Of a stretch of DNA of 64,000 nucleotides, positions 27,610 through 37,163 are shown piece by piece (position 1 is the first letter of the stretch; each line of letters opens with the position of its first letter). A program made the position numbers and the translations under genes. The notes under the pieces are model-generated. The model was not told the origin of the DNA. It saw only the letters and a program-made list of their open reading frames with translations, and ran no database searches. The stretch comes from a virus, in the IMG/VR virus record IMGVR_UViG_3300029121_000001, one strand, 5' to 3'.

Positions 27610-30600
27610 ATGGCAAAGAAAACAGTTAATTCTGATATCTACAATCTGTCATCATTGGTTGAAGATGTCAAATCGGTATTTCTTCCAGATGAAAATGAAG
27701 AAACCTTAGCAATTGGTACATATGGATATCTTGGTGCTCTAGAGGCAAAAAGACTTCAGACTCAGGTTCAAATGACTGGTGAATTATGTAATGAAGTTTT
27801 TCCTTCCAGAGCAAGGCTAGAAAGAAACGTTATTACTCATGCAATAATGATGAATATCGAAAACATCAATGCTGTTCCTGCAAAGATGACTGCTTTTCTA
27901 GCTATCAAAGAATCTGATATTGCTGATTACTTTGATGAAAATAATATATTTACCATTGATAGAGAATGTCCTCTAGAGATTGGTGACTATGAATTTCATC
28001 TGGAATATGATATTAAGTTAAAAAGAATTTATATTGAGAAGAAAGCTACAAATACTTATACTGCTCAATATGAAATTCCTGCAAATAGAGATGTACCTAC
28101 GTCTACTATCAATGTAGAAAATCAATATCTAAGTCCTCCTAATGTTGTCATTGTCAACCATGAAGCATATATTTATCTAACAGTAATTCTTGCTCAGGTT
28201 GAACATAACACAGTTTCCAAAAAGTTGGTTACTTCAAATATTATTGATAACAAAACTATCAATTTTGAATTTGAAAATCAACTTGCATATTTCGAGATTC
28301 ATTCTAAAGAGTCTGATCAAGATTACTATATTACTCCTGTATTTGAAGGAAGCTCTGTACCAAGTGATACTAAATCTAAGTATTATTGTTGGTATCAATA
28401 TATCGATACTAATCTTATCAGAGTGCGTTTTGACAGACAGTCATATATGCCTGGTCTAAATGCTACTGTAGAATGTCTAGTTAAAACTTGTCAAGGCTCT
28501 GGTGGTAACTTTACATATGGTAAAGATGTAGACGTTACTCTAGAATCTACAAATTTTAATTATCGAAATATTACATGTAGACTTACTCCTATTACCAATT
28601 CTTCTGGTGGTATTGATAGAAAATCTAAGAAAGAACTACAAGGAATTATTCCTAAAGAAGCACTTTCTAGAGGATCTCTTACTACTATTACAGATTTGAA
28701 TAACTATTTTGGAATGCTAGATTCTGATTCTGCTCGAATTGTTATTCAAAAGAAAATTGATAATCAGATTGAGCGAGTTTATTACGCATACTTCGTAGCT
28801 AAAGATACTAATGGAGATATTCTTCCTAGTAATACTATTGATATTAAAGTTCCTATGAGTGCTCTCATTGAATCTAAAATCAATGAAGTTGATTCTCCTA
28901 GATATCTATTGCCTGCTGGTACATGCTTTAGACTAGGTGCAGATGGCATTGGATATATCAATGATAAGCCTATCATTGATAAAGGCTATGAAATCGATGG
29001 CCCTTCTGTCTCCAATGGTACTGTAGTTCAAGGAATTATCACTGTTGAAGTAGTAGATGAAACTAAAGCTCCTTTTAGCGTATCTTTTGATGTTGATGGA
29101 GTAGCATTTCCTACTCATTATTTCCCTGATAAGACTACAGGAGATATTAATGGCACCCTTGCATATGATAAAGAATTTGTTACTAATAGTAAAACAGAAT
29201 CTAAAATAGTAGAAAATTATATTCAGATGGGTGTTGGCAATGATTATGTATACACTGCCAGTTATGAAACTAGATATGATAATTCTATTATCAAGGTAAG
29301 AGATAAGTATCTTCCTAATCTTGATTTTGTTAAAGCTTATTACACTATCGAAGGTAAAACAACAGAATTTGATTCTCTTCCTATTGTTGTTACAGATCAA
29401 CCTACTGGAACCAAAATTGAATTTGGCATTATTAGAAGACTTAATGAAAAGACTTCTGGTGTTATCTATTTCGGTGAAGGAGAAAATAAATATAGTTTAA
29501 ATCAGCTTACAAAAGTAAATCTATCCACTGTTCTTAACTCTCTAGGATATAGTGGTCAGGTTACTGATTGTGTATCTTCTGATGAAAACTATGTATCTGT
29601 TACTTCTAATGGTACAGTAGAAAATCCAATTATTAAAGATCCTAATAAAGAAGATACTACTAATACTGATACACCTAGTGTGCCAGTTGAAACTAAGAAA
29701 GAGTATAAATTCAATGTTGTTAATCCTGATACCATTCCTCCTATAAGTAAGAGAGAAAAGAATAGTTGGTATGGTAACGTTTTGGAATCATCTACAATAG
29801 ACAAAGAAGCATCTGATACTCCTGCTGGCAAACTTGATAAATATAATATCAAAGTTACTGCAGAAAAAGATATGCCTGATCTTAAGGATCGTAAAGAGAA
29901 CGAATGGTATATGGGTATCGTCAATTCTTCTAAAGTTCCTGGTGGTGGAGAACAGCAAGAGTCTGATGATGATAATGATTATGCACTAAGTGTTGTTAAT
30001 GAAGAAGATCTTCCTGAAATTAATGATCGTCCTCAGAATAACTGGTACTATGTCATTGATCATGTAGAAGAAACTGAATCTGAACCTGATGATCCAGATG
30101 TACCTGAGAAAAAGATTAGTGGTAATGAATATATCATTGAAGTAAAGAAACGTCTTACTGGTCCTACTAGTATCAATGTTTCTATTGATGGTAAAATTTA
30201 TACTATCAAGATCACTCAAGATGTTTATGCTATTGAAAATGGTATTTATATTTATGAGGGATCTGAAAATACTTATAAGGATATCAATACCACTTATACT
30301 CCGAGAATTGATGAGATAAGTAATATTCTTGCTATCAAGAATGGTACTCAGATTACTTATAAATTCTCTTATAAGTCTCTTGGCACTAACTATACTCCTA
30401 AGATTACAGTAAAAGTATCTAAGGGTTTGGAGTATATGATTTTCAGTAATTATCTGAAATATAATGGTAAGCAATATCAGTATGAGCCCAAAGAATCTAC
30501 TATTGAGAAAGAAAAAGGATTTATCTATACTAATCCTTATGCAGTTAATATTAATGGATATCGTCTATATTCAGCATTTTACATGATGTCTATGGAAGAA

Positions 30601-32133
30601 AATCCATATCTACATTTTGATTATATTAATGATAAATCTAATATCCAATTTATCTCCACTAATCTTCATTGGACTAGACCCTTCTGTGAAGATAGAAAAG
30701 ATAAATATTCTCTTCAGATTGAATTTATGCAATCTGTTCAAGATGATCTTGGCATTATTCCTGAAGAGGAAGGTGCAACTCCTCTTATTAAAGCATTTGC
30801 TGTATTTAGAAGAAATAATTCTAATTACAGATACAGAGCATTAAATCTACTAAGCTATGATGATTCTGATTATACATTTACTTTTGGTCAAGATTTCTCT
30901 GCTGAAGATATCTTTGATCAAGATAATAATATCAGAGTTTCTAACGTTCAAGTATGTGGCCAATCAGAATACACTGTTACTATTTCTAATGATAAAAACA
31001 CCTATAGAATGAATAATGGTGGCATTGTAAATCTATCTACTATTCTTACAAATCTTGGTCTTGAAGTTCCTAGTGAATATGACTATGCTATTTCTAGTAA
31101 TGCAAATGCATTAAGCTTCGATCCTATTCTTGATAAAGATGGTAAGAAAGTTGATTATAGAGTTATTTCTTTCACTGATTTTGCAGACGAAATTGAAATT
31201 TCTTATGCAGGATCTGATGCAGATGCCCCTGTTACTATTAAAGCTACAAGTACTCAACCTGCTTTGACAGAATATGGATTCTTTAATCCTACTACAGAGA
31301 TGAAGATTTATGTTCTGTGTGCTATACCCGATACTAATGGAGTTTACTCTAGAAATGGCTTCGATGCTATTTGTCCTGGTCTAAAGAATTGGACACTTAC
31401 TAACATCTTTGACGTTGTCAACGGTGTTACTATGTATCATAATTATTCTGAAATTATGGGTTCTAGAGTTAAACCTTATGGTACAGATATAGAAAAGGCA
31501 GAAGATGATACTAGTACTACTAGAATGAATCTTGAAGGTTATTATGTTGCAAGCGTTCCTATGCTTGGATACGATTATTGCCAAGATGAGATTCTAGTTC
31601 AATCTGCAATCAATGCTTTGAATTATAGAAAAGCTTATATTGAATCTGCTATACAGAAACTTGAAAATTCTTTCGGAGTTGACTTTAAGCTATTCAATAC
31701 ATATGGACCTTCCAATACATTCTATATTATCAAAGATAAAGACAATAATGGCCTACTCGATGATACTATTGAATATATTGATCGTGTCAATATTAGTCTA
31801 TACTTCAGAGTCAAGTTGGTTGCAGAGAATGACTCTTATACAAAGAATAATATTGTTCAGGAAATTAAGGACTATATCGAAGATCTAAATGATCTTAGTG
31901 AGTTGCATATTCCTAATCTGGTTACACAGATTACTACCAACTATAAAGAGCAAATTACTTACTTCGAGTATCTTGGATTTAATGATTATGGTGCTAACAT
32001 CCAGCATATCTATAAACTGGATGATTCTCAGATTCCTATTCATACAGCTCCAGAATTCTTGAATGTAAATAATGTACTCTCTAATGATGGTACTACAACT
32101 CCTGATATCAATATCTATGTATCTGAAATTTAA
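27610..32133 (+). CDS. large (1507 aa) putative virion structural protein (baseplate or fibre component)
   Basis: Long ORF, AAGGAG RBS. Internal triple repeat: PPISKREKNSWYGNV / PDLKDRKENEWYMGI / PEINDRPQNNWYYVI. Confidence 0.85.
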   Translation: MAKKTVNSDIYNLSSLVEDVKSVFLPDENEETLAIGTYGYLGALEAKRLQTQVQMTGELCNEVFPSRARLERNVITHAIMMNIENINAVPAKMTAFLAIKESDIADYFDENNIFTIDRECPLEIGDYEFHLEYDIKLKRIYIEKKATNTYTAQYEIPANRDVPTSTINVENQYLSPPNVVIVNHEAYIYLTVILAQVEHNTVSKKLVTSNIIDNKTINFEFENQLAYFEIHSKESDQDYYITPVFEGSSVPSDTKSKYYCWYQYIDTNLIRVRFDRQSYMPGLNATVECLVKTCQGSGGNFTYGKDVDVTLESTNFNYRNITCRLTPITNSSGGIDRKSKKELQGIIPKEALSRGSLTTITDLNNYFGMLDSDSARIVIQKKIDNQIERVYYAYFVAKDTNGDILPSNTIDIKVPMSALIESKINEVDSPRYLLPAGTCFRLGADGIGYINDKPIIDKGYEIDGPSVSNGTVVQGIITVEVVDETKAPFSVSFDVDGVAFPTHYFPDKTTGDINGTLAYDKEFVTNSKTESKIVENYIQMGVGNDYVYTASYETRYDNSIIKVRDKYLPNLDFVKAYYTIEGKTTEFDSLPIVVTDQPTGTKIEFGIIRRLNEKTSGVIYFGEGENKYSLNQLTKVNLSTVLNSLGYSGQVTDCVSSDENYVSVTSNGTVENPIIKDPNKEDTTNTDTPSVPVETKKEYKFNVVNPDTIPPISKREKNSWYGNVLESSTIDKEASDTPAGKLDKYNIKVTAEKDMPDLKDRKENEWYMGIVNSSKVPGGGEQQESDDDNDYALSVVNEEDLPEINDRPQNNWYYVIDHVEETESEPDDPDVPEKKISGNEYIIEVKKRLTGPTSINVSIDGKIYTIKITQDVYAIENGIYIYEGSENTYKDINTTYTPRIDEISNILAIKNGTQITYKFSYKSLGTNYTPKITVKVSKGLEYMIFSNYLKYNGKQYQYEPKESTIEKEKGFIYTNPYAVNINGYRLYSAFYMMSMEENPYLHFDYINDKSNIQFISTNLHWTRPFCEDRKDKYSLQIEFMQSVQDDLGIIPEEEGATPLIKAFAVFRRNNSNYRYRALNLLSYDDSDYTFTFGQDFSAEDIFDQDNNIRVSNVQVCGQSEYTVTISNDKNTYRMNNGGIVNLSTILTNLGLEVPSEYDYAISSNANALSFDPILDKDGKKVDYRVISFTDFADEIEISYAGSDADAPVTIKATSTQPALTEYGFFNPTTEMKIYVLCAIPDTNGVYSRNGFDAICPGLKNWTLTNIFDVVNGVTMYHNYSEIMGSRVKPYGTDIEKAEDDTSTTRMNLEGYYVASVPMLGYDYCQDEILVQSAINALNYRKAYIESAIQKLENSFGVDFKLFNTYGPSNTFYIIKDKDNNGLLDDTIEYIDRVNISLYFRVKLVAENDSYTKNNIVQEIKDYIEDLNDLSELHIPNLVTQITTNYKEQITYFEYLGFNDYGANIQHIYKLDDSQIPIHTAPEFLNVNNVLSNDGTTTPDINIYVSEI

Positions 32134-32153
32134 TTATATAGGAGGATATTACA

Positions 32154-33080
32154 ATGAGTCTCAAGGAAGATCGCGAATATCTTACAAATAAGCGTAAGGA
32201 AAAAGAAGAAGCGGTAAAAGCTACTATTCAGAAGAAGCGTGAAGAGCTCAATAAGCGTATTGTTGATCGTGAAGATGCAAAAGCTAAGCACGAAGCAGCT
32301 GTTAATGGACTTTATAATTTCAAGCATGATGTTAAGAAGTCTCTTATTAAGAAGATGCTCATGGAGTTGTGCGTAGGTTCTATTCCCAATTATACTCAAC
32401 GTGAGTATGCTATCTGTGAGAACCTTATTGAAAATTATATCAATGAGGTTGGAGAACCTATTATTCTAAAGAATATGAGATTCTCTGAAAATGGTTTCCT
32501 TCGTACTTGCTATAATCAGATTGATAAGCACTTTAAGGCTATTACAGAAGATGCTACTATTGAGCCTGAAACTCAATATATTGATTCTAATAGTCTTGAT
32601 AGTTTCTGGGATGATATTGATGACACAGAAAACGTTGATGATATTACTAGTCTGATTCGTATGCGTGTATCTGATGCTGAAGAGAATTTCATCAATAAAA
32701 ATCAGCAGGATAAGGAGAACGTTAAGACTGTTCTACAGCAAACTGCTTCTCGTATCCAGATGGCTAAGGGTACTAATGATAATGATTATGCAGAGGAAGT
32801 CGAGGAATCTGAAACTCGTCTTGCTAAGAATAAAATTTATCAAATTCAGCATGAAGGCCATCGTAGCGTATTTGATCGTATGGTTCGCAATCTATCTGAA
32901 GCTGCCCTCAAAAATGAAGATGCTAAGGGCACTCTGATTGATGAGAGTGGTAAGCTTGATATGGATGCAATTGTGGAATCTGCTCGTTGCATGTATGCTC
33001 TACTCGAAACTGTTAGTACTATTCAGCTTGAAAAGGTTGATATTAAGTATATTGAAGATACGCTAAAGTCTATTAAGTAA
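32154..33080 (+). CDS. hypothetical charged/coiled-coil protein
   Basis: 308-aa ORF, AGGAGG RBS. Confidence 0.85.
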   Translation: MSLKEDREYLTNKRKEKEEAVKATIQKKREELNKRIVDREDAKAKHEAAVNGLYNFKHDVKKSLIKKMLMELCVGSIPNYTQREYAICENLIENYINEVGEPIILKNMRFSENGFLRTCYNQIDKHFKAITEDATIEPETQYIDSNSLDSFWDDIDDTENVDDITSLIRMRVSDAEENFINKNQQDKENVKTVLQQTASRIQMAKGTNDNDYAEEVEESETRLAKNKIYQIQHEGHRSVFDRMVRNLSEAALKNEDAKGTLIDESGKLDMDAIVESARCMYALLETVSTIQLEKVDIKYIEDTLKSIK

Positions 33081-33089
33081 AAAAAAATA

Positions 33090-33120
33090 AAGCCGGGTGG
33101 ATATTTAGTCCACTCGGCTT
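33090..33120. terminator. bidirectional intrinsic terminator
   Basis: aagccgggtgg/ccactcggctt hairpin flanked by an A-run and a T-run, between convergent genes. Confidence 0.75.
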
Positions 33121-33125
33121 TTTAT

Positions 33126-33884
33126 TTAGTAATTTATTTTACCAGAATAATTAATATTGTATCTATGATGATCAAGATAGACATTATCTGGTCCTAACGG
33201 TTTATCGATATCTATTCTATGAATAAAAATACGCTTATGAGTACCATCATTCATAAGTTTTTCGTATAGTGGCTTACAGTAATTCACAAAATTATGAATA
33301 GCAGATATAGGATCATCATTATTAAGCCACTCTTTAGAAACTTGGAACCCTGAAATGGAAGATTCACCGGCACAAGCAGCGATATGATTATATGTACTAT
33401 TTAATGTAACCATAACAGGATCTCTACCAACAGTTATCCCATGCTTTACGTTTGAAAGATTACATTGCCCGCATGTATTTATATATCCACAAGTAACTAT
33501 ATATAGCTTAAGATCTATTATTCTCCCACAATCACACTCACATCTTACAATAGGTCTATGACGTATACGACCATTATCATGACTAGAAGAAAGAGTAGTT
33601 ATTCTTCCTACGAATGATCGTATTGTTAAATGACCATATTTTTTATTAATATATTTATCTACAGTTTTCTTTGCATGTTCAACACAATATAAGTTACATG
33701 ATTTTGAGCATGCTTTTGGAGAATGTAATACATTCTTTAGTATCTTATCGTATTCCTTGCCGCAGTCACATTTAACTCTTACTTTTGATTGCCTAATAAT
33801 TGTATTAGGTTCTACAACTCCAATAACTGTTAAACATCCAAATTTTTTGTTTATAAAATCATTTAAGTTTTTCTTTTCACTCAT
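33126..33884 (-). CDS. Cys-rich protein with repeated G-L-T-V...C-x-C-D-C-G modules (paralogue of 56506..57711)
   Basis: KFGCLTVIGVVEP..VKCDCG and KYGHLTIRSFVGR..RCECDCG repeats. Confidence 0.8.
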   Translation of the reverse strand: MSEKKNLNDFINKKFGCLTVIGVVEPNTIIRQSKVRVKCDCGKEYDKILKNVLHSPKACSKSCNLYCVEHAKKTVDKYINKKYGHLTIRSFVGRITTLSSSHDNGRIRHRPIVRCECDCGRIIDLKLYIVTCGYINTCGQCNLSNVKHGITVGRDPVMVTLNSTYNHIAACAGESSISGFQVSKEWLNNDDPISAIHNFVNYCKPLYEKLMNDGTHKRIFIHRIDIDKPLGPDNVYLDHHRYNINYSGKINY

Positions 33885-33936
33885 AATAATTCTCTTCTTT
33901 CTTTTTAATATTTTTGATAAGAGGTTTCATTCTTAT

Positions 33937-33952
33937 CAATTTTATAATATCT
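33937..33952 (-). promoter_or_regulatory. promoter-like motif AGATATTATAAAATTG
   Basis: 53 nt upstream of the 33884 start. Confidence 0.5.
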
Positions 33953-33970
33953 ATTTGAAATAAAATAAAA

Positions 33971-33995
33971 GGAGTAGATCGCAATGATCTACTCC
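33971..33995 (-). terminator. intrinsic terminator after 34001..34603
   Basis: ggagtagatc/gatctactcc hairpin followed by TTTTATTTTA on the minus strand. Confidence 0.7.
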
Positions 33996-34000
33996 TGTTT

Positions 34001-34603
34001 TTATTCATCAGATTCTAGTTTCACTTTAAGAATAAAGTTTCTTTTATATACTTCTTGAAGTTTGCGAGACTTTCTCATCTCAGTATCATGAATAAGTCGC
34101 TGTTTATGGGTATAGCAAGGAAGTCTTCTAAAATCATTTAGAACTTTAACCTTATATTTATCATGAGATATAATGTACTTTAGCATACTCAGAATATCAG
34201 ATTTACCACGATATTTCTGAATATGATAATGATGAACTAGATGACCATTCTTAATGGGTAGCTCACCATAATTTTCAGTATTCGCATGATACAGCATAAG
34301 ATCTGTTGCTCTAGGTCTTGCACAAATCTTCCAAGAAGAAAATACATTATCAATGTACATTGCTCCGCCTTCAATATACATTTTCAGATAATGAGAGCAT
34401 AAATAACTATCTATATTTACTCGATCTTCATTATACTTAATAATTATTCTAGAGCAAAGTGGACATTGATAATATCCTTGTTCTTCTGCTTCATCTATAC
34501 TATTGAATTCAATTCTATTGTTTGGTTTAATATTCTTTGCACATTTGCAGTATTGATAATGAAATGCTTTAGTTTTTGAACCCTTCGATGCAACTAATTT
34601 CAT
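34001..34603 (-). CDS. protein with N-terminal Ada-like zinc-binding domain
   Basis: FHYQYCKCAKNIKPNNRIEFNSIDEAEEQGYYQCPLC matches the Ada N-terminal pattern (H..C....KPEN...F.S..EA...GY.PC..C). Confidence 0.6.
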   Translation of the reverse strand: MKLVASKGSKTKAFHYQYCKCAKNIKPNNRIEFNSIDEAEEQGYYQCPLCSRIIIKYNEDRVNIDSYLCSHYLKMYIEGGAMYIDNVFSSWKICARPRATDLMLYHANTENYGELPIKNGHLVHHYHIQKYRGKSDILSMLKYIISHDKYKVKVLNDFRRLPCYTHKQRLIHDTEMRKSRKLQEVYKRNFILKVKLESDE

Positions 34604-34935
34604 ATTTTCACCATCAGAGTGTTGTTTCCAACGTAAATAATATTTGCTAGATTATTAACAATAGAACTATCAATAGCAGAATCACCAATTTCATTAATAG
34701 CATATTCTAGAGCAGAAGAAACAGTAGAAGAATATTTAGTATCATTCGGATTATAATTTTCAATAGTAATATAGATATTAATACCACCAGTAGGATCGTA
34801 TCCAAAGCCTACATTGCCAATGCCATTTCTATTCATATATTCTGTAAACTTTCGAACAAATTCTTCAGAATTATAAATAGTGGATCGAAGATTACTAATA
34901 ATATTAGTAATCTCATCAGAGTAAGTTGCAGTCAT
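34600..34935 (-). CDS. hypothetical protein
   Basis: 111-aa ORF, AAGGAGG RBS, ATGA overlap with the next gene. Confidence 0.8.
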   Translation of the reverse strand: MTATYSDEITNIISNLRSTIYNSEEFVRKFTEYMNRNGIGNVGFGYDPTGGINIYITIENYNPNDTKYSSTVSSALEYAINEIGDSAIDSSIVNNLANIIYVGNNTLMVKI

Positions 34936-35361
34936 TTATTTATCCTCCTTATTAGATTTATTCATATATTCTTTTAATTGCTCCTTAAGTTTAGGGTCAG
35001 AATTGATTAATAGCTGCTTATGGATATTCCAATTCTTAGATTCCATCTCAAGAATAAATGCCATATTACATGCAGCATGCCAAAGATGAGGAAGCCCAGA
35101 TTCTTCATCAAGTTCTTCACCTTCCTGATAAGCGATTAAATGACGCCACATAGCATCAATATATCTTTGTTTATCTACTAGAACCCAGTTATTAGGAGCA
35201 TGATATTTTTCTTCACCATATTTTCTAATAGCTGCAATATTCCTAATGATTTCCATAGGTACTAAAGAGATAGGAAGTTTTCCTTTATCTGCTTTAGCAC
35301 ACTGAATATTTTTTGACATACCTGTACATTCATTAGATTCATTAAATAAAAGATCTTCCAT
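34936..35361 (-). CDS. dATP/dGTP pyrophosphohydrolase-like (DUF5664-type) protein
   Basis: KGKLPISLVP...IRKYGEEKY..NW...RYIDAMWRHL...LDEESGLPHLWHAACNMAFILE fits the conserved pattern of that family (from memory). Confidence 0.55.
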   Translation of the reverse strand: MEDLLFNESNECTGMSKNIQCAKADKGKLPISLVPMEIIRNIAAIRKYGEEKYHAPNNWVLVDKQRYIDAMWRHLIAYQEGEELDEESGLPHLWHAACNMAFILEMESKNWNIHKQLLINSDPKLKEQLKEYMNKSNKEDK

Positions 35362-35377
35362 TTTATAATACTCTCCT

Positions 35378-36112
35378 TTATATAGGATTACCCATATTAT
35401 CCAAATAGCTTACACCAAATTCTTGTTTATAATCTTTTCGATTAACGATCTGATTATATTGATAAGAATTTGTAATGTAATTTAAATATCTAATATATAT
35501 TTCAAGTCTAGGTAATACTGAGTAATATTTATGTATATCAGCATCTACTATTAGACTATCATCAAGCCAAATATTATAATTAAATGCATCATAATATTTC
35601 TTTTCAATATTATCTACATCTGGTTTCTGCATTGGTCTATGAAGACCAATTTCGGCAAGTATAGTATCTGCTTGATTGAAATAAGACGGTGTATGCGAAA
35701 ATGTGTTTATTGATACTTGCATAGGTGTAGAAATTAGCCCATTAAGCTGAATTAATTCTTGATCTACTAATCTATGCATAAATCGATGATCATCTGCTGC
35801 ATTAGGAGAATATACATGAACAAAATCTCTTGCTTGAATAGCCATGTTCATATAATTTTTCCTATTTACTAATCTGAATCTTGGTCGCTTAGCTCCTTCA
35901 GGATCTTCATATAAAACAAGTTTATATGTATAATACTGAAGATAAGTTTCCATATTTCTTTTCTTTTCAATTATATCATTCATTTTGGAAGGGGTCAATT
36001 TGAATTGATCTATTAGCCAAGCTAATCTCTGATCATTATCTCTTGGAATAAATCCATATTTCAAATCATATTCTTCCGCTTTTTCTTTTCTCGATTTACT
36101 CAAAGGAAACAC
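35378..36112 (-). CDS. protein with C-terminal RusA-like Holliday junction resolvase motif
   Basis: PDVDNIEKKYYDAFNYNIWLDDSLIV resembles RusA D.DN..K...D.L......DD..I. Start is either GTG at 36112 or, with better spacing from GGAGG, TTG at 36103. Confidence 0.5.
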   Translation of the reverse strand: MFPLSKSRKEKAEEYDLKYGFIPRDNDQRLAWLIDQFKLTPSKMNDIIEKKRNMETYLQYYTYKLVLYEDPEGAKRPRFRLVNRKNYMNMAIQARDFVHVYSPNAADDHRFMHRLVDQELIQLNGLISTPMQVSINTFSHTPSYFNQADTILAEIGLHRPMQKPDVDNIEKKYYDAFNYNIWLDDSLIVDADIHKYYSVLPRLEIYIRYLNYITNSYQYNQIVNRKDYKQEFGVSYLDNMGNPI

Positions 36113-36170
36113 ACCTCCTTTCGATTTTTATTAATCTACCGTTATTGGTACTTTTAAAAATAAAAAATAA

Positions 36171-36200
36171 AAGGAAGTAGATTTTGATTTCTACTTCCTT
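36171..36200 (-). terminator. intrinsic terminator after 36276..37031
   Basis: aaggaagtag/ctacttcctt hairpin followed by TTTATTTTTTATTTTT on the minus strand. Confidence 0.7.
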
Positions 36201-36275
36201 CTAATTAATTATTTGTATGATCTAATTTTAGAATAATCTGGTTGACAGCAATCATCAGGAACTGTTCCATTTCTA

Positions 36276-37031
36276 TTATTCAAATATAAATCTCATCTTT
36301 TTGTTATTATAATATAATGCTTTATAATTATTATCATTATTTTTACCAACATGCAATGCATGCATTGCAATATATTGATATAAATATAGATATGGGTTAT
36401 TAATTGGAGAACCCCATCTTATTTTATTATTGATAATATTATATATCTCTTCTCTAAACGATCTATTAATTTTAGGATCGCAGACTATTACAACTCCTCT
36501 TGTTTCATTAATATTGACTCGTATACTATTATATTCCGGTACATCAATATTTACAATTAATCCAGAGGAAAGTGGATTTGCTATTTTAAATCTTCCATTT
36601 CCAATAGGTAAATCAATTGTATCAGGAATAATAGCATCAAATATATTGTCAATAGTTATAGAATCGATATAATTTGGACAAGTAGTAGGTGTTTCCCATT
36701 TAGAATATACAATATTTCCATCACTAGAATCCCAAGCATTATTTAATTCTTCCCAATTATCATGCATAAATTTATCAATGATCATACATTGATATTTATC
36801 AAAGAATTCTGCAGGTTTACCAAAATATTCATTTTTGTAAAGTTTAATGCATATGTCAGAATATCCATTAGTACAAATATGAATATGAGGTTCTACAAAT
36901 CCTTCCATTCCATATACTCTAGCAATACTTCTTTTAAGAGGAAATAATTCAGCTGGAATTATAAATTCATGCACATCAAGCGAATAAAATAAATCATCGT
37001 TATTCTGTTTTCCTGGCCTATTATAATCCAT
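36276..37031 (-). CDS. hypothetical protein
   Basis: 251-aa ORF. Confidence 0.85.
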   Translation of the reverse strand: MDYNRPGKQNNDDLFYSLDVHEFIIPAELFPLKRSIARVYGMEGFVEPHIHICTNGYSDICIKLYKNEYFGKPAEFFDKYQCMIIDKFMHDNWEELNNAWDSSDGNIVYSKWETPTTCPNYIDSITIDNIFDAIIPDTIDLPIGNGRFKIANPLSSGLIVNIDVPEYNSIRVNINETRGVVIVCDPKINRSFREEIYNIINNKIRWGSPINNPYLYLYQYIAMHALHVGKNNDNNYKALYYNNKKMRFIFE

Positions 37032-37089
37032 AAGTTTATCCTTTCTAAATTATAAATAAAATTTAATATGAATATCCTCCTTAAATATT

Positions 37090-37105
37090 CATATTTATAA
37101 TATCT
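37090..37105 (-). promoter_or_regulatory. promoter-like motif AGATATTATAAATATG
   Basis: 59 nt upstream of the 37031 start. Confidence 0.5.
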
Positions 37106-37120
37106 AAATATTATAAATAA

Positions 37121-37147
37121 TAAAACAAAATCTGGAAGGGAGTTATT
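37121..37147 (-). terminator. intrinsic terminator after 37164..38672
   Basis: tctggaaggga/tcccttccaga hairpin followed by a T-rich run. Confidence 0.7.
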
Positions 37148-37163
37148 CCCTTCCAGAATATTT

